Shown in pieces: positions 52,261 to 63,031 of a stretch of 64,000 nucleotides of DNA. Position 1 is the first letter of the stretch. Every line of letters starts with the position of its first letter. The notes under the pieces were generated by a model. It did not search any database and had not been told where the DNA came from. It worked only from the letters and a program-made list of their open reading frames with translations. Source of the stretch: Lytechinus pictus (Eukaryota); contig NC_087245.1 in assembly GCF_037042905.1 (NCBI RefSeq), positions 6,264,001 to 6,328,000 on the forward strand, given 5' to 3'. Made by a program: the position numbers and the translations under genes.

Positions 52261-54732
52261 ACAAGTGGAGCGCCTCTAGCAGTCTCACCTGCATCACGCG
52301 ATTCAATATAGCAGCAGTGCTAACTTTGAAAACTGCTATAAAATAATTATTCACAAAAAACACCATTTATATAATGATACAATACTATGTTCATTGACAA
52401 TAAATGACATTTGACCTTGATCATGCGACCTAAGACTTGTCAGTGATACTTGATTACCCCTACATGTATATCCACATTTTATAAGGTATAAACTTTGAAA
52501 GTTATGACAGCAATCTAATAATTACCTCCAAAATGGCCAAAGTTCATTGACCTTAAATTACCTTTGACCTTAATCATGTGACCTGAAACTCGCACAGGAT
52601 GTTCAGTGATACTTGATTACTCTTATGTCTAAATTTTATGAACTAGACCAATAAACTTTCAAAGTTATGATGGTAATTCAACAAATACCCCCAATTTGGC
52701 CAAAGTTCAATGACCTTTGACCTTGATCATGTGATCTGAAATTTGCACAGGATGTTCAGTGACACTTGATTACTCTTAGTCCAAGTTTTATGAACTAGAC
52801 CAATAAACTTTCAAAGTTATGATGGTAATTCAACAAATACCCCCAATTTGGCCAAGGTTCAATGACCTTTGACCTTGATCATGTGATCTGAAATATGCAC
52901 AGGATGTTCAGTGATACTTGATTACTCTTATGTCCAAGTTTCATGAATCAGATCCATAAACTTTCAAAGCTATGATGGTGATTCAACAGATGCCCCCCAA
53001 CATGACCAAAGTTCATTGACCTTGGACTTTGGTCATGTGACCTGAAATTTGCACAGGATGTTCAGTGACACTTGATTACTCTTAGTCCAAGTTTTATGAA
53101 CTAGACCAATAAACTTTCAAAGTTATGATGGTAATTCAACAAATACCCCCAATTTGGCCAAAGTTCAATGACCTTTGACCTTGATCATGTGATCTGAAAC
53201 TCGCACAGGATGTTCAGTGATACTTGATTACTCTTAGTCCAAGTTTTATGAACTACATGGAGACCAATAAACTTTCAAAGTTATGATGGTAATTCAACAG
53301 ATACCCCCAACATGGCCAAAGTTCATTGACCTTTGTCATGTGACCTGATATTCGCACATGATGTTCAGTGATACTTGATTACTCTTATGTCCAAGTTTCA
53401 TAAATCAGATCCATAAACTTTTAAAGTTATGATGGTAATTCAACAGATACCCCCAACTTGACCCTAAAATAAATGACACTTGATTACTCTTAGTCCAAGT
53501 TTTATGAACTAGACCAATAAACTTTCAAAGTTATGATGGTAATTCAACAAATACCCCCAATTTGGCCAAAGTTCAATGACCTTTGACCTTGATCATGTGA
53601 TCTGAAACTCGCACAGGATGTTCAGTGATACTTGATTACTCTTAGTCCAAGTTTTATGAACTACATGGAGACCAATAAACTTTCAAAGTTATGATGGTAA
53701 TTCAACAGATACCCCCAACATGGCCAAAGTTCATTGACCTTTGTCATGTGACTTGAAACTCCGGCAGGATATTCAGTAATACTTGATTAACCTTATGTCC
53801 AAGTTTCATGAACTAGGTCCATATAATTTTTTTTTAAAGTTATGATGACATTTCAAAAACTTAACCTTAGGTTAAGATTTTGATGTTGATTCCCCAAATA
53901 TGGTCTAAGTTCATTGACCCTAAATGACCTTTGACCTTGGTCATGTGACAAGAAACTCAGGCAGGATGTTTAGTAATACTTGATTAACCTTATGTCCAAG
54001 TTTCATGAACTGGCTCCATACACTTTCCAAGTTATGATGTCAATTCCAAAAACTTAACCTTCGGTTAAAGGACAAGTCCACCCCAACAAAAAGTTGACTT
54101 GAATAAAAAGAGAAAAATCCAAAAAGCATAATACTGAAAATTTCATCAAAATCGGATGTAAAATAAGAAAGTTATGACATTTTAAAGTTTTGCTTAATAT
54201 CACAAAACAGTTCTATTCACATCCTGGTCGGTATGCAAATGAGGAGACTGATGACGTCATCCACTCACTATTTCTATATGAAATATGAAATATTATAATT
54301 TTCTCATCATTGTCAAGTGAAATAATGATTAATTCCTCCCTGAACATGTGTAGATAGCATTGTTTAATACTATATATGGTTCAATCAAGTTGGTCCGTAT
54401 TGTCAAATCTGTAAAAAATGAAAAATTGTATAATTCAAACAATAAAAACAAAAGAAATAGTGAGTGATGGACATCATCGACTGGCTCATTTGCATGTCAC
54501 TGAGTTGTGCACATCACTGTTTTGTGAAAAATAATCGAAATTGTTAAAATTCCATAACTTTTTTATTTTACATCCGAATTTGATGAAATTTTTAGCGTTA
54601 TGCTAGTTTGATTTTTCTCTATTTATTCAAATCAACATTTTTCTGTGGTGGACTTGACCTTTAAGATTTGGTGTTGACGCCGCCGTTGGAAAAGCGGCGA
54701 CTATAGTCTCACTCTGCTATGCAGGTGAGACA
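52261..54732 (-). mobile_element. Helentron/HINE-like element with a long ~152-bp tandem array
   Basis: subTIRs GTCTCACCTGCAT / ATGCAGGTGAGAC; terminal hairpin 54706-54731; GCC microsatellite; about 10 units (GATGTTCAGTGA at ~52598, 52752, 52903, 53057, 53209, 53360 and onward). Confidence 0.85.
54069..54660. mobile_element. Family A MITE nested in the HINE
   Basis: TTAA TSD; empty-site paralogue CTTAACCTTAGGTTAAGATTT at ~53860-53880. Confidence 0.92.
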
Positions 54733-55611
54733 AAAATGAATTAAATTCAAGATTTTATATGAGAATGAACTGTCAGCAAACACGTCCCCACTTAGGCTAT
54801 TATGATAAATGAGTCCCCTACATATATTTGAAGATCTAATTGTGATGCATTCTGTACGGTTCTTAAAAATTTGTAACTTCATTTTGCACCTGAGTCCTGA
54901 GGTCAGCAAAATTACACTGAACTCTGTATACTTGTACATCACATGTGTACCTTCTGTGATTTGTTTACCAATAGACAACAAAAATGCTATAAAATGTGCT
55001 AAAAAAAGTGCCCCAATGAGTCTGTGCAGTACCCTTTGTCTGCGCATACATGTGCGGTTCTAACAAAGAAAGATACGCAGCGACCACAAACATGTACATA
55101 GACAGATAGTCTCTCGCTCAATAAACAGAATGGTGGAAAAATATTGAATTTCAGGCATTTTATTACATTTCCTCAAAATTTCTATATACAATATAAATAT
55201 AATACATGAAAATCAAGGAAATATTTACAATGGAAGATAGCCCATTTCAGTGACATTTACAAAATACCAAGGGGTCCTAATTTAAAGAAAATAACTTATA
55301 AGATGTAAGATTAATGATTCATGATATTTATCGGCTGATGCAATTATTTTTTTTTATCTAAGTTGGCACTGCTCATGATATTGTCGCCCTCTTTAATACG
55401 CGTCTTGTATCTAGGCTACGATTACAAAGACGGCATTAGAATAGTTGGAACATACACTTGAGTATTTTCAAATACAATGACCAAGGGAGTGTTCACACTG
55501 TGTGATGGCCTGGCATAACTTGACATCATTACACCTCCCTTTCCTCAAAGAAATAAATTAGCAATAAAGAAAAAAATAAGGTGAAAATGGGGGTCTTGAC
55601 CGCGGCACATA

Positions 55612-57015
55612 CAGGGTCACCAGACGTCCTGTATTTCCCGTGATCGTCCCGTATTTTGCTCCTTTGTCACGGCGTCCCGACAAACCCTTGCCGGGATGCC
55701 TATTTGTCCCGTATTTCATAATATTGAACAAAATGTAGTTAATACATTTAAAAGTGACAAATTTTCATCAAACAACCAACAGATGACGAAGCAGAGACAA
55801 CAATAAAATCGATCATTTAACTTTTGCAAGTTCTGCTGTGATTTTCTTGCTAACCCAATAATACATTGCAAACGAACTGGCCTTCTGCCTGTGTGTGGCA
55901 GGCTACTAGCTAGCTAGGCATGTAGGATCGGAGCAGATTCTCAATGGTGCAAACAATAACATGATAAACAGTTTTCCACCAAAATAATCACAAAATCGGC
56001 GGGAAATTTATATAACTATATTATGGATTCTCAGATTACTGATTTGGAGATGTAATCGGAGGAACAAGTTACTGAGTTTTCATAACTAGATCTAATTGTT
56101 TCAGATTTCGTTTTGAGTCTTGTTGTGTATGATGCCGCGATCTAATTTCTAAGTTGACAATGTTTCACTTTGAAATTTCTAAAACATTTTAGTTTTTTTT
56201 AATTTTAAAAATATATTTAAAAAACACCAAATATCATTATGATTTTTGTTAGATGATCGGATTGTTTGTTTTTTTAAGTTTGAACTTTTTTCCTCTTTCT
56301 TTCTTTTATATCCTTCTTTCTTCATCCTTCTATTCTTCTGCTTGCCCTTTTTTGTTCCATCTATCTTTATTTCCTATCTTAATGTTCTATCTGTCTTTCC
56401 TGATCCTTTCACTCTCTCTCTGTTCATTTTTCCTTCTTTCTCTTACCTGCCTTCTAAAATTTTCTTCATTCTTTCTTTCCTTTAAACTTTTCTTTGCTTC
56501 TTTTTCCCTTCCTCTCCTTTTCATTTTCGTTCTTTCTCTCCTTCCATTATTTTTTGTTTCATTCTTTCCTCCCTCTCTTTCCTACTTTCTTTCATTCTTT
56601 ATTATGTTTTTCCTTCTAACCCTCCCTCCCTTCCATTTTTCTTCTTTCTTTGTTTCTTTCTCTCCTATCTTTTCCTATTTTGTCTTTCACACATTTATTC
56701 ATCTTCCCTTCCTTTCTTTTTCTTTCTTTCTATATTCAATTCAAAGAATGACGGAAATCTTATTTCTCTTTTTTATTCTTTCTTTCATCCTTCTTTAATT
56801 CTAACTTTCTTTTTTATTTTTTCCTTCATTTTCCCCTTCATTTTTTTCTTCTTTCTTCTCAATTCATCTCTTTTCTTTCTCTCCTTCATTCTTTCGTTCA
56901 CCCTCCCTTCCAATTCTTTATATTTTTTTCACAAGTCTACTACTGTTTAGCCTTCTTTGATGATTTTTTTTTGTCGCTTGTCTCGTATTTCATTTTGTGA
57001 AATTTGGTCACCCTG
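55612..57015. mobile_element. hAT-like non-autonomous element with a pyrimidine-rich interior
   Basis: TIR CAGGGTCACCA / TGGTCACCCTG; perfect 8-bp TSD GGCACATA; inserted into a fragment homologous to 10194-10244. Confidence 0.85.
56285..56920 (+). repeat. C/T-rich low-complexity tract
   Basis: Near-continuous TTC/TTTC/CT runs. Confidence 0.9.
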
Positions 57016-57429
57016 GGCACATACGTATCACACGTTTACACTGACTAAGCGTTAAGAACTAAGGTACCCTTTCCAGGTGTAAATTGCCCTTCCCTGGAGA
57101 CATTTAAACTGATACAACTTCAATAAAACTCCACACACACTGTGCACTAGTATCTTGAATATTAATTTAAGTTAGGGTGGATGTGTCTATCATTTATATC
57201 ATGAACAACATTTTATTTTGCTGACTCAACTACCGTATTCAGATTCTTAATAGTCATAGACCTCAATCGGCATTATCGTGAAATTGGGAACCAGTTCCTA
57301 ATTTCCACCGGACACTTTTTCATGACAAGACATGACCTACCTACCTTTTCGAGCTTGCTCACTGCTTCACCGCAGCTGGCGCGCTGATTCTAAATAAATC
57401 TAATCCTTCAAAGAGCTTAGATTAGAAAG

Positions 57430-57965
57430 ATTGATTTCGTCGCTGTCTATTCTCTACTCGCTAAAACGGTAACCAGCGTGGAAAAGTCCCCTTAGAGTTG
57501 TACACACTGGTTCCCATTTTAGCGAGTAAACTAGTTTTATCTACTCGCCTAAATGGGAACCAGCGTGGAAAACTCCCCATAGAGTTGTACGCGCTGGTTC
57601 CCATTTCAGCGAGTAGATAAAGACAGATTACTAATTATATTTATTTTGTTAGTGATGATCTCTGACAAAATAATTAAATCTCACTAATAAACTCGTGAAA
57701 ATGGGAACCAGCATGTATAATTCAGAAGAATTTTCTTAGGTGGTTCCCATTTGAAGAGTAGATATAAAGAGAGATTGCCAATGATTGCCAGTGATTCTGA
57801 CGAAATGAATCTCACTAATAAAAACTGTCTTTATCTACTTGTGAGAATGGGAACCAGCATGTATAATTCAACTGGTTCCCATTCTGAAGAGTAGATAATA
57901 AAGACAGATTACCAATGAGATTTATTTCGTCAGTGATGATTATGACAAAATAAATTTCACGAGTA
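57430..57965. repeat. Tandem array of alternating hairpins
   Basis: Four AATGGGAACCAG...CTGGTTCCCATT-type stems at ~57453, 57540, 57692, 57834. Confidence 0.8.
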
Positions 57966-58398
57966 CCGTATAGAGTTTAATAAAGTGATTCATCCCCATA
58001 TAGGTCTATATCTTGTTTGTGATTTATTTAGTGATTTGATTTTGTAAAAATTTTTTGTCAACATTGTGAAAGTGGCAGAGTGGTCTTGAAGAAGAGCAGG
58101 GAAATGCATGGTAAATGTATATAAATACAAAAATTATAATTCTGCGGAATCGTCAATGTCATCTAAAAACTTGTCCACTCATGGCAATCTGAGCCCGATA
58201 AATATCGCATAAAAAGAAGTAACCAGTTGTGTGAGGAGCTTCGCATCGTAAACAAAGCCTTTCGCATCAATTCTTTTCAAAATCTCCAAAGCGAAGTTTC
58301 TTTACAATTATCGTGGTGAAAGGAGGTACAAATTCGATTTGGTGACAAGTTCCCAAAGGCCAAAAGCACGGAATGGCTCCTCGATCTATATCTTGTCT

Positions 58399-58450
58399 AA
58401 CCCACGGAGCTCCGGCCCGCTCGTGGGCCGGAGCTCCAGCTCCCTGGGTT
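58399..58450. mobile_element. 52-bp palindromic mini-element with 9-bp TSD
   Basis: AACCCACGGAGCT...AGCTCCCTGGGTT flanked by ATCTTGTCT (58390-58398, 58451-58459). Confidence 0.75.
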
Positions 58451-58519
58451 ATCTTGTCTTGTCTTTCTAGTTTCTGTAGTCATGCCAATAGCCATTATAC
58501 TGTTAATGCCCACAATCAT

Positions 58520-58948
58520 CAGTAGAGGCGCACGGCCAATATTGGAGACTGTCTCCAATATCAGAGACTTTTGTAAAGACAACCCGGTATCCAATTTCAG
58601 AGACAGTCTCCAGTTTTGGAGACCAATTTCCTTTGTTTACATTTGCTGCAAAAGGATTACCTTGGCGGCAAATAAAAATGTGATAAGCAGATTCCTCATG
58701 AAAAATTACCCCTTTTCACCATCTACTTTACAAATTCACCGTCTACTTTTGTTTTGATAAGGATTTTTGTTGTCAATCACACACAAAACAAATGGGCTTC
58801 TGACCTCAGTGAGACAAAATTTTGGGTGAAAAAAATCATGCTTTTGTTGGTGTTGTTTCTTTTGTCCTTTTGCAAAGCAAGTCTCCAATGTGGGAGATTG
58901 TCTCCCCAATTGGAGAGAGTCTCCCATATTGGCCATGCGCCTCTACTG
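58520..58948. mobile_element. Unclassified MITE with 5-bp TSD
   Basis: TIR CAGTAGAGGCGCAYGGCCAATAT; TSD ATCAT; subterminal GGAGAC/GTCTCC repeats. Confidence 0.85.
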
Positions 58949-59178
58949 ATCATTAGGCCTAGGCCCTATATTGATTATTATGGCATATGAACGTCTAACC
59001 CTGCGCGGGCGGGAGCCCAGGAGCTTACCGTGTATTTGACCATAGTCACCGGACTAGGGTGATTTATGGTCTAAATATTTCTCCAAATGAATTGTGAAAA
59101 CAGAAAGTATACAATTACCACGATTATATGGATGAAGGTCTAATGAGTGGCAGTTTCCTGACATCTGGGCACAGACTG

Positions 59179-59307
59179 GAACCTCAAAAAAACGAAAAGT
59201 TCTCTCCTTCTACCCCCGTTTCGATCGGCCATTTTTGTTAAAAATCGTAACAAAATGGCCGATCGAGACTGGGGTAGAGGAGAGAACTTTTCGTTTTTTT
59301 GAGGTTC
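59179..59307. repeat. ~129-bp near-perfect palindrome
   Basis: GAACCTCAAAAAAACGAAAAGTTCTCTCC... / ...GGAGAGAACTTTTCGTTTTTTTGAGGTTC. Confidence 0.9.
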
Positions 59308-61055
59308 ATTAACCCAGGGAGCTCCCTGGGTTATACCTCAGGCGTAGTTCGTGCAGGCTCCACTCCACTTCACTACCGCTACACTACGCTCCACCTACCC
59401 GAACATCGGGACAGTGAACTAGATCGGATATTCCGAGTCATAAAAGGTGGGATGGCAATCATGGTTATCGTAAAAATTAAAGAAAAAAAATATAAAGAGG
59501 GATATGAATGACTTAATATCTTACTTTACACCCGTATTTCACTCCGTGTCCATCCTCCGGTTATCCTCAAAATTGGTGATTTTGGGCCAGTATCTTTTTC
59601 CTCACACGTATTCTATTATTCACGGCCGATTTCAAAACATTGCATGCGATCGCGATCGATCAGCGACCGATCGCATGCGATGTTTTGAAATCGGCCATGA
59701 ATAATACGTGTGAGGAAAAACATACTGGCCCAAAATCACCAATTTTGAGTATAACCGGAGGATGGACACGGAGTGAAATACGGGTGTAAAGTAAGATATC
59801 TGGGGCCCGTTTCTCAACACATGGACAAGTTAGTCATATCTTTATCCACCAACCACGGAGTTAGTTCCAATCTTACTAAACATGTTTCTCGAAAGGTTTC
59901 CTAACTAGAATACCTTGATATCGATACTATCGGTAGAACGAGCAGACGAGACGTAGCCTTAGTCACAAAATAGCATAATATTAAAAAAGAAAAATTATTA
60001 CAAAATTGCAAATATTGTGATAAATTGGGAAATAAATCTTTTCAAAATAATAGCACAGGTGAATTATGCATCATACATACTTAGACCATGAAGACTTGAG
60101 CATTCAATTGCAGAGAAAATTAAATTATGAATAATTCATTTCATGACTAAAAAATCACTTGTGGACGTTGAGATTGGGTACCCCCGGGATATCCAATTTC
60201 AATAGTTTACGAAAGTAAACCATAACGGTTTTCTTTGTAAAATGATGATAATTATGCGGTCTTTTACGATTCCGAACGTCATCAAAATATAGTTTAACGA
60301 AACATTTTTAACCATTGATACCGAAACATACGATATTTGACAAATTATATGCATAAATTAGAGATTAGAATTTATCCAACTGTTAATAGGGGTCTGAAAA
60401 CAACAAATACGAGTTCAGTTATGGATGGCCTGACGTGGTAGAATATTTATCGATTAAATCATTTTACTATTTCAAAATGAATGGTTTTGTGGCGTTTTAC
60501 CAATAGTTTTTATAGTTTCTTTGTATTACAATTATCATTGAATGCATTAACCCACTTGTTTTGTGATGTAATTTCAACCTCTATGATTGATTACGTAAGA
60601 TTATAATTTTAAAATTTATATGCGCTTTTGCATGTCATAGTCTACCCACGTGATGCCACTACGTCATTAAGAAAGAAGTTATGACAGGTTCGGAGGTGTC
60701 ATGAATATTTAGTGAGGTTGTTGTACCCGATCTTGGTAAAGAGGGCTTCGTGAAACGGTTAGCGGACAAGTAGCTCACTATCTCCGATTTAGTCAAGAAG
60801 TTAGACTTATGACGGTGTTGAGAAACGGGCCCCAAGTCATTCATATCCCTCTTTATATTTTTTTTCTTTAATTTTTACGATAACCATGATTGCCATCCCA
60901 CCTTTTTATGACTCGGAATATCCGATCTAGTTCACTGTCCCGATGTTCGGGTAGGTAAGGGTAGGTGGAGCGTAATGATGAAGCGGTAGTGAAGTGGAGT
61001 GGAGCCTGCACGAACATCGCCTGAGGTACCGGGTACCTGGGTTAATGAACGTCAA
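59299..61055. repeat. Large nested inverted repeat (foldback)
   Basis: Outer arms 59299-59514 / 60834-61055; inner palindrome 59516-59799. Confidence 0.9.
59803..60832. mobile_element. Harbinger-like MITE inside the foldback
   Basis: TIR GGGCCCGTTTCTCAACAC / GTGTTGAGAAACGGGCCC; TSD not clean. Confidence 0.85.
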
Positions 61056-61119
61056 GATTGACTTGACCAAAATATACATGATATATAACATAGCCCACGG
61101 TCTTCATGGTCTTGCCTCT

Positions 61120-61640
61120 CACTCAGACTTGGCGCGCTGGTGTGGCTTCACGAACTGACAAAGTCAACTCAAAGAACCAGACCGCCCGGGCATTATTTCG
61201 AATTCGAACACTGCGGTGAGACCCCGGCCGGGGAGCACAGGGTAAGATCTGTACCACGGCACCGGTCACCGGCACCATGCACCAGCACAATAGTCAATAC
61301 GTTCTGAACTTAGTTTAGACAGTTGAGAGGCGTCAAGTATTTCGGCAATGCAATAGAGGTCGATTCATAAAATAGAGCAACTTACCAATAATGTACCGGT
61401 TGAAATTAACCAATAAACAATAAGCTTACAGGATACTGTCTTCGAGCAGAACTAAAGTCCAAAAATTAAGTTCACTCAAAAGTTGCACAAAGTTCGGTGG
61501 CGAGTGTCGAAATATGAAACTTTTTTTGTAAACATCACACATAATTTAGGCGCGCACGCGTGGCGCATACGTATACGGTATAGGTACGAACAGCCCATAC
61601 AGCCTCGTATGTACAGTAGCAGCGCGCGGAATATACTAGC
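61120..61640. promoter_or_regulatory. CpG-rich promoter-like region
   Basis: Local CpG enrichment in unique sequence (e.g. GGCGCGCACGCGTGGCGCATACGTATACG at ~61549-61577) flanking the putative first exon. Confidence 0.5.
61386..61500 (-). other. Probable non-coding first exon (5' UTR) of the minus-strand gene; 5' boundary approximate
   Basis: Strong donor TG|GTAAGT at 61386/61385 inside a CpG-rich, repeat-poor island; no long ORF. Confidence 0.55.
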
Positions 61641-61748
61641 GCTTTTCATTTTCCGAAAGGGTCTAGGATCAGGACTAGGATCGATCAGGGGGAGATGAAG
61701 ATGGAGATCGAGAATGAGGAAGGTGGATCACGTGAGGTTGATCCAAGT

Positions 61749-61770
61749 CAAAGAGATATATATCTCTATG
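61749..61770. mobile_element. 22-bp TIR-TIR relic with 8-bp TSD (P-like footprint)
   Basis: CAAAGAGATATATATCTCTATG between two ATCCAAGT copies (61741-61748, 61771-61778). Confidence 0.7.
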
Positions 61771-61814
61771 ATCCAAGTACTAATATCGACAAATCCCCCC
61801 ACCCCCACACCAAA

Positions 61815-62155
61815 TGAATAAGTAAATAAATACAAATATGATTAAATAAAAAGATGATTGAATAAATAAATAAACAAATAAGTATTATAAGTGAGTAGAT
61901 AATGAATGAATAAATAAATAAATGAATAGATGAATAAACAAATAAATGAATAAATTGATAAATAAATAAATAAATAAATAAGTAAATAAATCTAGTTCCC
62001 TATTCAGAGGTGCAGAGGGAATTATTACACAGGAATGGGAGGGGGTGTTGACATTATGAATAGATATGTCTTGGCTTTGAATAACTCTAGACTTAGCATT
62101 GCTTATTATTGAAGAGAGTGCATTCCACATGCATGGGAGCACTCTTTGCAAAAGC
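61815..62155 (-). mobile_element. LINE 3' remnant with (TATT)n tail
   Basis: MWNALSSIISNAKS resembles the CR1/L2 WNxLP terminus, followed by an ATTT-type microsatellite. Confidence 0.5.
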
Positions 62156-62157
62156 TT

Positions 62158-62305
62158 TGAATGAGTGAATGAATGAATGAGTGAGTGAGTGAGTGAGTGA
62201 GTGAATGAATGAATGAATGTATGAATGAATGAATGAATAATTGAATATATGGATAAATAAATTGATTAATTAATTAATAAATTAACTAATTGATTAATTA
62301 ATTAT
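62158..62305 (+). repeat. (GAAT)n/(GAGT)n/(TAAT)n microsatellite
   Basis: Direct reading. Confidence 0.9.
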
Positions 62306-63031
62306 AGACTGTCTCACGCCGGGCTAACATGGCTAATGAACTAGCTTCGAAGCTTCAAGTAACCTTAGGGGCAGGGGCAGCGGAGACCCGGAGCGGAGAG
62401 AAGTTGAAAATGGGGGGCACAGGGAAAAAAGAGCAAATCTTTTGCTTGGGGGCAGCACATGTAAACTTTTTGGAAAAAAAATCGAAAGCGAGGGAGTGAA
62501 GCGACCCGAAGCTTATCATTTAAGTGCTTTTGTATTTTTATAAGTTGATGGATTTTGTGCGTACTCTTGGTGAATTTGTGAAAATCATGATGTGTTTTCC
62601 AAATTTCGGGGGGGGGGGGGCAACTGCCCCTCCCCCCCCCCCCCCCCCCCCCCCCGCTGCGTGCGGCCATGATCTTAAAACAAAGAAGCAAATGACATAT
62701 CTACCCCACTCACATGACTCATGAAACTTCATGCACGTACATATATTTTTACATTTTTTTTTCATTTACTGTGCTCTTGCAGAAGGATCGAAGGAGAACG
62801 GTGCTAAATCGCCGGGGTACCGCGGGCGATTGAACGGGGCACGAAACGAGTGTTTTTTCAGGACAACTTATCTGATATGAAGAACAGGCACCTATGAGAA
62901 GGCAAAGGGGTACTCGTTATCACATAGAACAGCTAGGTCTTTCTCATGTGAAAGGGGATGCACAGAACACGTTTCTTTGGTAAAAGGGGGCACTGTTACG
63001 TGAAAGGGCACCTTTAAGAAGGCAAAGGGGC

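Noticed and set aside
52400..54060. Regular repeat array as a possible CRISPR
   Set aside because: Whole ~152-bp units repeat with no unique spacers; eukaryotic context and no cas genes
56246..56798. 181-aa Phe/Leu/Ser-rich ORF resembling a membrane protein
   Set aside because: Translation of a pyrimidine low-complexity tract inside a transposon
59504..59820. Mirror-image ORFs on opposite strands
   Set aside because: A direct consequence of the palindrome
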